A DNA stretch of 64,000 nucleotides, from NCBI GenBank assembly GCA_963815195.1, contig CAWFGE010000012.1, positions 576,001 through 640,000 of the forward strand. Direction: 5' to 3'. The DNA is from an uncultured Planctomycetaceae bacterium (GTDB taxonomy: Bacteria; Planctomycetota; Planctomycetia; Planctomycetales; Planctomycetaceae). Below, piece after piece: positions 28,284 through 39,201 of this stretch (positions are counted from its first letter, which is position 1; every line of letters starts with the position of its first letter). A program made the translations under genes and the position numbers. The notes under the pieces are model-generated. The model worked only from the letters and a program-made list of their open reading frames with translations. It did not search any database and had not been told where the DNA came from.

Positions 28284-31200
28284 CTACTCCCCCGTCGTTT
28301 TCGCTTCCTCACCCACCTTGGTTTGCTCCCCCGCGGGTTTCTTTTCTAACAGCCTTTGGCGGTAGCGGTGGTAGAAGCGGATTTGGCGGCTGTCGGGGGC
28401 GTAGGGTTTGCCGGCGATGAAGGTGCCTTTGATGTTCGACGTGTGCTGCAAGGGGCCGCCGTCGAGGATCACGAGGTTCGCGGTTTTTTCCGGCGTCAGC
28501 GAGCCGGCTTGACCCGCGATGCCCAGGATTTCCGCGGCCGAGAGGGTCACGGCTTTGAGGCCCTCTTCCGGCGGGAGGCCATACGCCACGGCCATTGCGG
28601 ATTCAAACGGCGTGTTCCGGCTGTTGGACGCGTTGTCCGAGCGTATGCAGAACTTCACGCCCGCTTCATAGAGCCGCCCCGGATTGGCATAGGGGGCGTC
28701 CGACGGATCGGAACCCGACATCGGGCGCGCATCACCGGGCCGACGATCACCGGGACCTTGCGGGCCTTGAGTTCCTCGGCGAGTTTCCAAGCGTCCGTGC
28801 CGCCGGTGAGGATGATCTTCAGTTTTTCCTTCTCGGCGAACAAGAGGGCCTCGGCGATCGCTTTCTGGGAATCCGCTTCGACGAACACCGGCTTTTGGCG
28901 GGTGACATAAGGCCTTAAGGCTTCGAGTCGCGGATCGGTGATGGGGCCGAGGCTGTTTTGTTCTTTGGCTTTCGTTTGCAGGCGGTCGTAGAGGCGGGCT
29001 TCTTCCAGAAACTCGCTGAGTTCCTCCTGCTGTTTCTTTGATGAGGGCCAGATGATTTGCAGGCCCGCTTCGTAGTTTTGCACCATTTCGGGGGCGGTCC
29101 AGCCGCTGAGTTGGGCGATCGAAGTTTGCCCGGCGATCACGCCGCCGGTGGGCCGGATCATGATCGAGGTGATCCCGCCCGCGCGGGCGACGGGGATGAG
29201 TTCGGAATCGACATTCAGCCCCACGCCGGCCCGCAGGTCGGGTTGAAATTGCCCGCCCTCGGCGTCGTCGTGCGTCTCGCGGACCTTCCCGATTTCGACG
29301 AGGCCCAGCTGCGTGCCGGCGTCGATAAAGCCGGGGGCGATGTGCATCCCGCTGCAATCGATGATCTTCACGCCGGCGGGGATTTCGAGGTTCCTTCCGA
29401 TCCCGGCGATTTTGCCGTCTTCGATCAACAGCGTGCCCTCGGCAATCACCGGAGCGTCCACGGGATAGAGGGTTGCGTTCGTGAGAGCATAGCGGCCGTT
29501 CGCGGTTTCGCTCAAATCGAGCGTCCGATTGCGGGCTGCAAGCGATGCGAACTCGAGCTTCGGCGGCGTGGCGGAACGGGCTTTCGCTTGTTCGGACATC
29601 GCGGTCGGAGCGTGGGCGCGGTCGAAGTAAATTTCGCCTTCGATGATCGTCATCTCGCACCGCGAAAACGCATCGAGCGGGTGCCCGTTGTAGATCGCCA
29701 GATCGCCGTCTTTGCCGACTTCCAGAGAACCCATGCGGTCGTCGAGCCCCAGCTCGCGGGCGGAGTTTAAGGTGATGGTTTTGATGGCATCGTCCACGGG
29801 CATGTTGCCGTAGCGGACGGTCTTGGCGGCTTCGTGATAGAGGTGCCTGATGAGTTCCGCATCGTCGCTTTTAATGACGATGTTCGCCCCGGCTTCGTTC
29901 AGAAGCGCGGCGTTATAAGGTGTCGCATCGTAGGCTTCGACCTTGTAGGCCCACCAGTCGGCGAAGGTGCTGCAACTGGCACCGTGGGCGACGATTTCGG
30001 GGGCGATTTTATACCCTTCCAAGACATGCTGCAGCGACCACACGCGAATGCCCAAATCGTTGGCGATGCGGAGCAGCATCAAAATCTCATCCGCGCGGTA
30101 GCAGTGCGAGTGGATGAATTTTTTGTGGTTGACGATGTCCGCGAGCGCTTCGAGCCGCAGGTCGCGGCGGGGAGGCAATGTCATTTCGGACTTTTGGCGT
30201 TCGTATTCGTTCCACTTCCGGCGGTAGTCGAGGCTTTCCATGAAGGCCCGGTTGAGCGTGGCTTCGACGCCGAGCCGGGTGTTGGGAAACCGCGTGGGGC
30301 GGTACTTCACGTTTTCCCCGAGGGCGAATTTCACGCCTTGCGGGGCATTGTACAGGATGTGCTCCCGCGCGGTCTTGCCGTGCTTGAGCTTGACGACCGC
30401 ATCCTGCCCGCCGATGACGTTTGCCGACCCGTGCAGGATCCGCGCGGCCGTCACGCCGCCGGCGAGGGCGCGGTATTCGGAAGGATCATCGGTGTTGATC
30501 ACATCTTTAATCCGCACCTCGGGCACGATCGACTGCGTGTATTCGTTGATCCCGTCGGTGATCATGATGTGGCTGTGCGTATCGATGATGCCCGGCATCA
30601 CATACCGCCCGGCGGCATCGATCACCCGCATCCCCGCATCGGGTTTGAGATTCTTTCCGATCGCCGCCACTTTGCCATTGCGAATGAGAACCGAACCCCC
30701 TTCCAATGTTTCGCCCGTGCCGGTGATGATGGTGCCGTTATGAATCAGCACATTCCCGCTGGTGTGGAAAGGACGCGAGGAAACGCGGTCGGAATCGAGT
30801 TCGGTCGGTAACTGATCGGCCGGCAATCGCTCAGCGACGGCGGGCGACGGGTTGGGCTCTTTGACAGAAGAATCATCTCGGACGGCGGTCCACTCCGAGC
30901 CGCCGCCGAAGGGATATTTCATTTCGCCGGCAAGTTTGCTGTCTTCGAGCTTGCCGGTGAATTGGAACTGCACCGCATCCTCGTTCGTCTTGCCGAACCG
31001 CACGGCGAACTCGATTTTTTCCTGGTTGATCTGGCCCGACGTGATGCTGCCGTTGCCCTGGGAACTTTTGAACGTGCCGCCGAGTTTCTTGCCGTCGCGT
31101 GTGAGTTGGAGCGTGGCCTTGGTGGGGGCGGGTTGGTTTTGAATCGTGAGTTTCCAGGTCCCGATCACAGGACTTTCCGCGATGGCGGGTTGGAATTGTT

Positions 31201-32632
31201 CGTTCTTGCTCTTCTCGGCGATGGTGGGTTTTTCGTTCTGGTTGTATTCGAACTGCCGGCCATCGACGAACAGATGCCGCACTTTGGTGTTTTTATCGTC
31301 GAACGGTTTCGTGAGGACCACCACGCTGCCGAGCTTGCCGGCTTCCAGAGTTCCCAGGCGATCGGCGACCCCCAGGATCTCGGCGGGTGAAGTCGTCAGC
31401 GCGGCGAGGGCGGCGTCTTTTGGCAAACCAGTCTCGATGAGCGTTCGCACCGCCGCGAGCACGTCGGCGTGGGTTTTCATTTCGCGGGAAGTCAGGCCGA
31501 ACCGCAGGCCGCGTTCGTGGAGTTCCGCAAAGCCCTGCAGGCGCTTGAGCCATTTCGCTTGCCGATCGTGCTCCAGGCGGAGCGGATCTTTGATGTTGGC
31601 GGAGAGTTTTTTGTCGTCCGCTGGTTTTTCGAGCTTGGGCATTTCGCCGAAGTCGAGCTGCAGGATCAGGTCGGTTTTGTTTTTTGTTAATCGATCGAGG
31701 CAGCGGTGCGCATCGCGGCCGCCCCAGATCACGGGCTTCAGATGCTGCTCCTCGCAAAAGTCCAAGGCCCGGTGGATGTCGTCCCGGCTCTCGGCGAGAA
31801 ACACCGACCGGCGTTTGCCGATCTGCACTTGATGCAAAGTTTCCAAAGCCGCATCGACCGGCGGGCGGGCGATCGCGGTTTTCGATTCGCGGTAGAGCTT
31901 CCAATGGTCGGCGTAATGCCCGGCGTCCAAAAACGCCTGCCGCAAGTGGGCCGTCGTTCCCATGAGCGTGGAAGGATAGGTGTCCCCGCCCAGCCGGTTG
32001 AGGGAAAACGAATTGAAGGTGCTTTCCACGATCACCGAGTCCCGCGGCGTTTGGCCGCCGGTGGAAACCAAACTGCCCTGGCCGCTGGCGATTCCCGCAT
32101 CGGGCAGGACGTGGATCGCCGCGAAGCCGGCTTTCCGCAGATCTTCGAGCTTGGCGGTGTCGAGTTTCAGGTTTTGGGCGGTTTGATATTCGGGCGTCAA
32201 ACCTTTGCGGTTGTCGGGCCGCGTCGCCGCGAGGACGTAGCGGGACGTGTCCCATTTGCGGCCCGGTGCCGGCTGCGGTTTCTTTTCGGTATCTAAGAAT
32301 TGGTTGCCGCCGGCATCGATGAAGGCGGCGTACACGAAAAGTCCTTCACCCGGAATGATTTGAGCCTCCGCCGGCGGGGTGATATTTTTGCCGACGGCTT
32401 CGATGACTCCGTTTTGGATCACCACGGTCGCCCCTTCGATTGTTTCGCCGGGGCGGACGATGACGGTTGCGTTTTGGATGGCGAACGCCTGCGGATGAAA
32501 CCCGGTGAGCCGGCCGTCCTCCGCCCGCGACATCCCGCCGAAGAACAGCAGGAAACACAGAGCGCACAAACCGCACGTCGTCAAAAACGTGGAAAATCGA
32601 TGGGTTCCCAGGAGGGCGTGGCGATGCGGCAT
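28284..32632 (-). CDS. Large exported protein with three fused amidohydrolase modules (frameshift near 28725)
   Basis: Three AxxNAT/PGxID/GxLxxGKxAxxxI units; the central unit has DTHSH, KFALGEN, HCY, QHVLEGY, SDD; C-terminus continues in ORF 28284..29660. Confidence 0.85.
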
Positions 32633-32798
32633 GATGGAATCTCCGAGGTTGGAAAAATCGGGCAGGAGCGGATTTTTCAGGGCGGCAAGAGGCCGGCGAG
32701 GAAATCGCCGGGATCCACCAGCCTATCCCGGCGGGAGGCGAATTCCTAGTTTCCGGCGAGAAACTCGATAAAATGTGTGGAAAGGATGCAGAGAAGAA

Positions 32799-32826
32799 TT
32801 GACACAATTCGATAAGACGTTATGAT
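32799..32826 (+). promoter_or_regulatory. Sigma-70-type promoter ~700 nt upstream of rho
   Basis: TTGACA-N16-TATGAT. Confidence 0.6.
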
Positions 32827-33529
32827 TAAGTTGCTTTGGAGCCAAATCCGCGTCGATTAGAGTCTGTTCCCCTCCACGGAACACAACCAGCATGGGATTG
32901 GCTCACCCCCCATTGAAACTGCGAAGGCGAGAAAATCAGGTTTCTGCTTTCATGGGCAGGGTTGCTTCTGAAATCAATCTCTCCCTAATGGCGAATCAAT
33001 GGGATTGTTGAGTTCCACCTCATGGCACGTGGAATTCAGACAAGCGGGGTCCCAAACGGGTGAAATCTGTTGACCTCAGGCGTTGTGACTTGTCAACGCA
33101 CTTCTCACCCAAGTTCAGGCCCCATAATCGGTTCGGCCGATATTTTCGCAATGCGGCCACTCAGTTTGGGTGCTATCCCAGCATTTTGGATTCCGAAACT
33201 CACGGCGAAGTTCGCACTCATCCTCGGATGACACGTGGCCTATTTTGAAGGGTCAACCACTCCAACTCGCTTTCCCCGCGACCATTCGTGGTTGAAATGA
33301 GGAGCTCTCCCCTCTCCGCGTACAAGGAATGAAACTCAAGCGAGGAATCGTAACTTATTGAAAGCCAATCCATTGGCTTCACTTTCTTCATCAGAGTCTA
33401 TGGCTGGTTTTCGGGAGCCCCTTGGAGGCGCTCCCGCCCCAGGCCGCTGCTGTTCCCCCCCAATCATTGTCCCTGTTAGTTGTTATTGTGAATTCACATC
33501 CCGAAAGGAACGAGGTACGGAAACGGTTT

Positions 33530-35348
33530 ATGGCTGCTAAGAGTTCTCCTTCCACCGCGAAATCGACCCCCAAACGCACCACCCGCCGGAAAAAAGAACC
33601 GGAAGTGGACGAATTGGAATTGGAAATGGAAATCTTTGGGGAAGACCTGACCGACGAGGATGCGGACGACGTGACCGAAAAGAAAAAGCCGGTCCGCAAG
33701 CCTCGCCGCAAGAAATCGGAACCGGCGGAAGAGGCCGCCCCCGAAATGGAATCTCCCTCCGCAGAGGATGCCCCCGTGTCTGAAGAGACTCCCAAACGCC
33801 GACCCCGCCGCCGAAAATCCGCCGAAGCCGGCGAGGAAGCGGAACCCGTCGCCGAAACCGCCTCCAACAAAAAGTCGGAATCGCTCGATCTGGAAGACTG
33901 GAATTTCGAAGAGGTCACGGACGAGGACTCTGGGAACGACGAGGCTCGATCGCGGACTCGCCCGTCGTACGCGGAAGAATCCGACGAGAACGAACGGTCC
34001 CACCGGCGAGAGCCCCCGCGCAATTCCGACGGCGGCGGAGGCGATGAAGGCTCCACCGGCCGAAAACGCCGGCGACGCCGGCGCCGCAAAGGTGGCGGAG
34101 ACAATCCGGGTTCCGGCCAGGGTCCCGTCGGGGGACGCAACCAGTCCCGCGGGCGCGACCGCAATCAAAACCATCAAAACCGCGGCCGGAGCCAGTCCCG
34201 CAAAACCCGCTCGGTCGAGTACAACGGCGAGGAAATCACGGGCACGATCGAGGGCGTTCTGGAACTGCACCCCAAGGGCTACGGCTTTCTCCGCGATCCG
34301 TCGAAGAACTACGCCGCCCAGGACAGCGACGCGTTTGTTTCCAGTTCCGTCATCGAAAAATACCGCCTGCGGGAAGGCATTTTGATCCGAGGCGAAGTCG
34401 GTCCCGGCACCCGCGGACAAGGGCCTCGGCTCAAGAATATCGACACCGTCGACGGCCGGACTCTCGACGCGTTCCAAGAACTCAAGCACTTTGAGGAACT
34501 GACGGCCACCAATCCCCACGAGCAAATCCGCCTGGAAACCGGGCCTCGGCCCATCACCATGCGGGTCATGGATCTGCTCACGCCCATTGGCAAAGGACAG
34601 CGGGCGCTCGATTGTCGCTCCGCCGCGGACGGGCAAGACGATGCTCCTCCACGACATCGCCTATGCGGTCAGCGTGAACCATCCCGAAATGCACCTGATG
34701 GTGCTGTTGATCGACGAGCGGCCGGAAGAAGTCACCGAAATGAAGCGGAACGTCAAAGGCGAAGTCATCGCCTCTTCGATGGACCGCGACGTGGAAAGCC
34801 ACGTCCGCATCAGCCAACTGATCGTCGAGCGCGGCAAACGCATCGCGGAAGCCGGCGGCGAAGTCTTCATCCTCTTGGACAGCATCACCCGCACCGCCCG
34901 GGCGTTCAACAAATGGGTCGGCAATTCCGGCCGGACCGCGACCGGCGGCTTGGACATCCGGGCACTCGACATTCCCAAAAAACTGTTCGGCACGGCTCGG
35001 CGGTTTGAGGAAGGCGGCTCGCTGACCGTCGCCGCCACCGCCCTGATCGACACCGGCAGCCGGATGGACGAAGTCATCTTCCAGGAGTTCAAAGGCACGG
35101 GCAACATGGAGCTGGTGCTCAGCCGGGATCTGGCCGACCGCCGGATCTGGCCCGCCATCGACATCACCCGTTCCGGCACCCGCCGGGAGGAAAAAATTCT
35201 CGATGCGGAGACCCTGGACACGATCACGTTGCTTCGCCGGAGTTTGATTTCCTTAAGCCCCGTGGAAGCGATGGAGCAGCTCACCCGCAAGCTGGAGATG
35301 TTCCCCTCCAACCGCGAGTTTCTCCAAAAAGTCCGCAACGTGCTCTAA
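33530..35348 (+). CDS. rho: Transcription termination factor Rho with long low-complexity N-terminus (frameshift near 34609)
   Basis: GVLELHPKGYGFLR, PIGKGQRA-LIVAPPRTGKT, LIDERPEEVT, LDSITR, TALIDTGSRMDEVIFQEFKGTGNMEL, SGTRREE. Confidence 0.95.
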
Positions 35349-35408
35349 ATCCTCAGTTGCTTGCAGCTCATTCCGGAAGGTTCGTTCCGCGACAGAAGAA
35401 CCACTGAG

Positions 35409-36284
35409 ATGACCGAACCGCCGCCGTTTCGCGTGGGGATCGCCGGGAGGAGTCCCGCGGGGCAATTCCTTGTGGAGCGTTTGAAAGTTCGGCCCGAGTA
35501 TGAGATCTCGGCGGTCTCTTTGGCGAATCCGGTTTCGAAACTGGACGCGGTGCTGTTTCTGGATGGGAACGCAGCGAGCGCCCCACAGATTCAAGAAGCC
35601 CTCGACGCCGGGCTGCCCGTCGGCGTGCTGCCGCCGCTTTTTTGGGAACCAGCTTCGTGTGAACAATTGGCCGAGCAAGCCGCGGGGCGGCTGTTCGTGC
35701 TGAATCCGCACCATGAAGATCCCGATTTCCGCGCGGCCCGCGAATTGATTCAAACCGGCGAACTGGGCTTGCTTCGGGCGATCAAACGCATTTCCTGGGT
35801 CGCGGATCTCGTGAACTCGTCCCCACAGTCCGACCAGGACACGTGGTTTTCGCAACTTCTTTGGGAAGATGTGGACCAATTGCTGCTCCTCGCGGAGGAA
35901 TTGCCTCGGTCGGTGTATGCGGCGGATTATTCGGAAAAGGCCGAGACTTATTTTCTGATCTTCCATTTTCCAAGCGGCCTCATCGGGCATGTGGAACGCC
36001 GGCGGGGATCGGTGGTTCCGCTCGACGTGGGCTGGACGATCAGCGGCCAAAACGGCAGCTACGCCAATGGCCGCCACCATATCCAAACGGAAGCGGGGGA
36101 GATTTATGATGTCCCCGCGGAAGCGGACCCGCTTTCGGGTGATGCGATTTTCGATCCACTTCGCCGGTTTGGAGAATCCTCCGCGGATTCCTCTTGGCAG
36201 CAGGCGGTGAATGTGATTAAAGTCCGCCGCGCCGCCGTTCGATCCGCCGAGACGGGTCAGGTTGTGGCGTTGCCGTTCGATTGA
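35409..36284 (+). CDS. Divergent Gfo/Idh/MocA-like oxidoreductase
   Basis: FRVGIAG N-terminus, ELIQTGELG.L, C-terminal AAVRSAETGQVV; several canonical motifs degenerate. Confidence 0.65.
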   Translation: MTEPPPFRVGIAGRSPAGQFLVERLKVRPEYEISAVSLANPVSKLDAVLFLDGNAASAPQIQEALDAGLPVGVLPPLFWEPASCEQLAEQAAGRLFVLNPHHEDPDFRAARELIQTGELGLLRAIKRISWVADLVNSSPQSDQDTWFSQLLWEDVDQLLLLAEELPRSVYAADYSEKAETYFLIFHFPSGLIGHVERRRGSVVPLDVGWTISGQNGSYANGRHHIQTEAGEIYDVPAEADPLSGDAIFDPLRRFGESSADSSWQQAVNVIKVRRAAVRSAETGQVVALPFD

Positions 36285-36403
36285 ACTCCCCTGACATTTC
36301 ACGGCCCGTCCGCTATTCTAAAAAACAGCGATTTGATTCTGCGGAAAGTCATCATGGGGCTTACGCCCCACGCGCGCCTTTTTTCTAGCTTTGATCTTTG
36401 ATT

Positions 36404-36886
36404 ATGACCAGTGCCGATCCCACATTGCGTTTGCTATTAGATGAAGTCCGCCGCAAAACGCTGAGCCGCTTGGAAGGGCTGAGCGAGGAGCAGGCCCGCT
36501 GGACGCCCAAGGGTCTTCAGAACTCGATCCTCTGGCACGCGGGGCACAGCTATGTTGTGCTCGAATGGCTGACGATGGGCGGTTTGGGAGCCGAGACGAC
36601 ATGCCCGGCCGGTTGGTTCGAGATGTTCAGTTGGACGAGCCGTCCCGCCGAGGTTCCCGCCGACCGCTGGCCGAAGCTGGAGGATGTGGTTCACGAACTG
36701 CAACTGCAGCACGGCCGCATGCACAAGCTCCTGTGCAATCTCAACGCCGACTACTTCGACAACCCCGCCCGCAACCGCCCGGACGTGACTGTCCGCGAGC
36801 GGATTATGCACGCCCTGCACGATGAAGCCAACCACAGCGGCGAAATCTGGCTGCTGCGAAAACTGCAAAACCACGTTTCCGTTTAG
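36404..36886 (+). CDS. DinB-family protein
   Basis: NSILWHAGH and HDEANHSGEI..LRK metal-binding His pattern. Confidence 0.85.
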   Translation: MTSADPTLRLLLDEVRRKTLSRLEGLSEEQARWTPKGLQNSILWHAGHSYVVLEWLTMGGLGAETTCPAGWFEMFSWTSRPAEVPADRWPKLEDVVHELQLQHGRMHKLLCNLNADYFDNPARNRPDVTVRERIMHALHDEANHSGEIWLLRKLQNHVSV

Positions 36887-36928
36887 CCGCCGATGAAACG
36901 CAGCCCGGCGATTCCCAAAACCAAACGA

Positions 36929-37020
36929 ACCACGGATAATACGGATCGTACGGATAAGACACGAAATGGAAACGGGAAACCTTTCCACTCAGAACGGATC
37001 ACGGACCAAGGATAACGGAT
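36929..37020 (+). repeat. Short degenerate tandem repeats (ACGGAT core, 9-nt then 7-nt period)
   Basis: CACGGATAA TACGGATCG TACGGATAA then ACGGATC ACGGACC AAGGATA ACGGATC. Confidence 0.6.
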
Positions 37021-37029
37021 CAACCACAC

Positions 37030-38968
37030 ATGGCCACAGCAACCGCAGCACGGAAATCGGGTAGCAGTTACGTCGGCAGCGATATTACGGTCCTTAAAGG
37101 TCTCGAAGCCGTCCGGCATCGGCCCGCGATGTATATCGGCGGGGTCGATATTCGCGGCCTGCATCATCTGGTGTGGGAGATCATCGACAACTCCGTCGAT
37201 GAATATCTCGCCGGGGCCTGCGACCGAGTCACCGTCACGCTTCACAAAGACGGCTCCTCGATCACCGTGCAAGACAACGGCCGGGGCATTCCAGTCGATA
37301 AACATCCCGAAGAGAAAAAATCCACGCTGGAAGTCATCCTCACCACCCTGCACGCCGGCGGCAAGTTCTCCAACAAGAACTACGCCCGCAGCGGCGGACT
37401 CCACGGCGTGGGGTCGTCGGTCGTCAACGCCCTCTCGTCCGAACTCGTCGCCACCGTCCACCGCGATAAATACGAATGGCAGCAAACCTACGAGCGGGGC
37501 ATCCCCTTGGGCAAGGTCCGCAAGGTCAAACCCTACCAGGGCACGACGGGCACGATCATTTTCTTCCGCCCCGATGAAAAAATCTTCCCCCGCATCCATT
37601 TCAACGCCGACACCATCCGCCAGCACCTGGAAGACATCTCCTACATCCACGGCGGCCTGAAGATCGTCTTCCAGGATGAGACCAAAAAAGAAAAATACGA
37701 GCTGCATCACCCCGACGGGATCGCGGCCTACTTGGAAAAGATCACCGAAGAGAGCCGAAAGAAGCCGATCCACGAGCAGATTTTTTCCGCCGAGAAAGAC
37801 GAAGAAGACCTCCGCGTGGAAATCGTGCTCCGCTGGACCGATGCGACCGACGAGCAGCTTCGCAGCTATGTCAACGGCATCCGCACCCACGCCGGCGGCA
37901 CGCACGAGTCGGGCCTAAGGTCCGGCGTCGCCAAGGCCGTGCGGAATTACATGCAGGTCCACGACATCAAGCAGAAGGGTGTGAGCGTCACCAACGACGA
38001 CATCCGCGAAGGCTGCGTGGGGATTCTGTCGGTGTTTCTGAGCGATCCGATGTTCCAGGGCCAGACCAAGGAGAAGCTCAACAACGCCGAGGCCCAGAAC
38101 GCGGTGGAAAGCCTCGTCCGGCCGACGTTGGAGAACTGGCTCAACAACAACCCTTCGATCGCCGATGCCGTGGTGGGGCGAATTATCCTCGCCGCCCGCG
38201 CCCGCGAAGCGAGCCGGAACGCCGTCAACGAAGTGCACCGCAAAAAAGCGGGCGGCAAGAAAACCAACCTGCCGGGCAAGCTCGTCGATTGCCGTTCCAA
38301 AAACCCCGAAGAGAGCGAAATATTCATCGTGGAAGGCGACTCCGCCGGCACCACCGCGGTCATGGGCCGGGAAAGCTACAACCAGGCGGTGCTGCCGCTC
38401 AAGGGAAAAGTTCTCAACACCGAAGCGCTCGGCATCGCGAAAATTCTAAAGAACACGGAAATCAGACTCACTCGTGGAAGCTTTGGGAACGGGCATCGGA
38501 TCGAACTTCGACATCCACCGGCTTCGCTATCATCGCATCATCCTGTTGATGGACGCGGACAGCGACGGCTATCACATCAGTACGCTTTTGTTGACGTTTT
38601 TCTTCCGCCACATGCGGGAGTTGATCACCGCGGGAAAACTGTTTATCGCCCAGCCGCCGCTTTACAAAATCAGCGTAGGCAAAGAAACCTTCTATGCCCA
38701 GGACGAGGCCCACAAGGAAGAGATCCTCGCCGGCCTTCCCGCCAACCGCAAACCGGAGATCGACCGCTTCAAAGGCTTGGGCGAAATGAACAGCGACCAG
38801 CTCAAGGAAACCACGCTCGACCCCGCGCTGCGGGTGCTGTTGCGGGTTGAGATTGAAAGCCAGGTCGATGCGGACGCGACCTTCCATCAGCTCCTGGGCA
38901 AAGACGCGTCGGAACGCTACCGCATCATCATGGATGAAGCCACATTCGCGGACGATGTCGATCTTTAA
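37030..38968 (+). CDS. Type IIA topoisomerase B subunit (GyrB/ParE-like; frameshift near 38465)
   Basis: GLEAVRHRPAMYIG, EIIDNSVDE, DNGRGIP, SGGLHGVG, VEGDSAG, PLKGKVLN, DADSDG.HI, RFKGLGEMN; no A subunit adjacent. Confidence 0.93.
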
Positions 38969-39004
38969 GTTAAGAAGGACATTTTGAGAAGGTGTTTGAA
39001 AACC

Positions 39005-39073
39005 TGAGCGGTAGGCGCTAGCCTCCGGTTTTGATCACGAAATCAAAGCCGGCGGCTAGCACCGTGCCGCTCA
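39005..39073. repeat. REP-like inverted repeat (TGAGCGG family)
   Basis: TGAGCGGTAGGCGCTAGCCTCCGG ... CCGGCGGCTAGCACCGTGCCGCTCA. Confidence 0.8.
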
Positions 39074-39201
39074 CGTTCGATTTGGCGAATCCGCGCATTT
39101 GATCGATGCGCGGATTTTTTTGTTACCTTTCCGGTCCGAAGGCGGTACGATACGGAGAGTGAAAGGATTTTCGTTTCCACCTTCACATCCAAGGAGCAAC
39201 C

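Noticed and set aside
37030..38968. Assigning gyrB versus parE
   Set aside because: Motifs are shared and no A subunit is adjacent; phylogeny is needed
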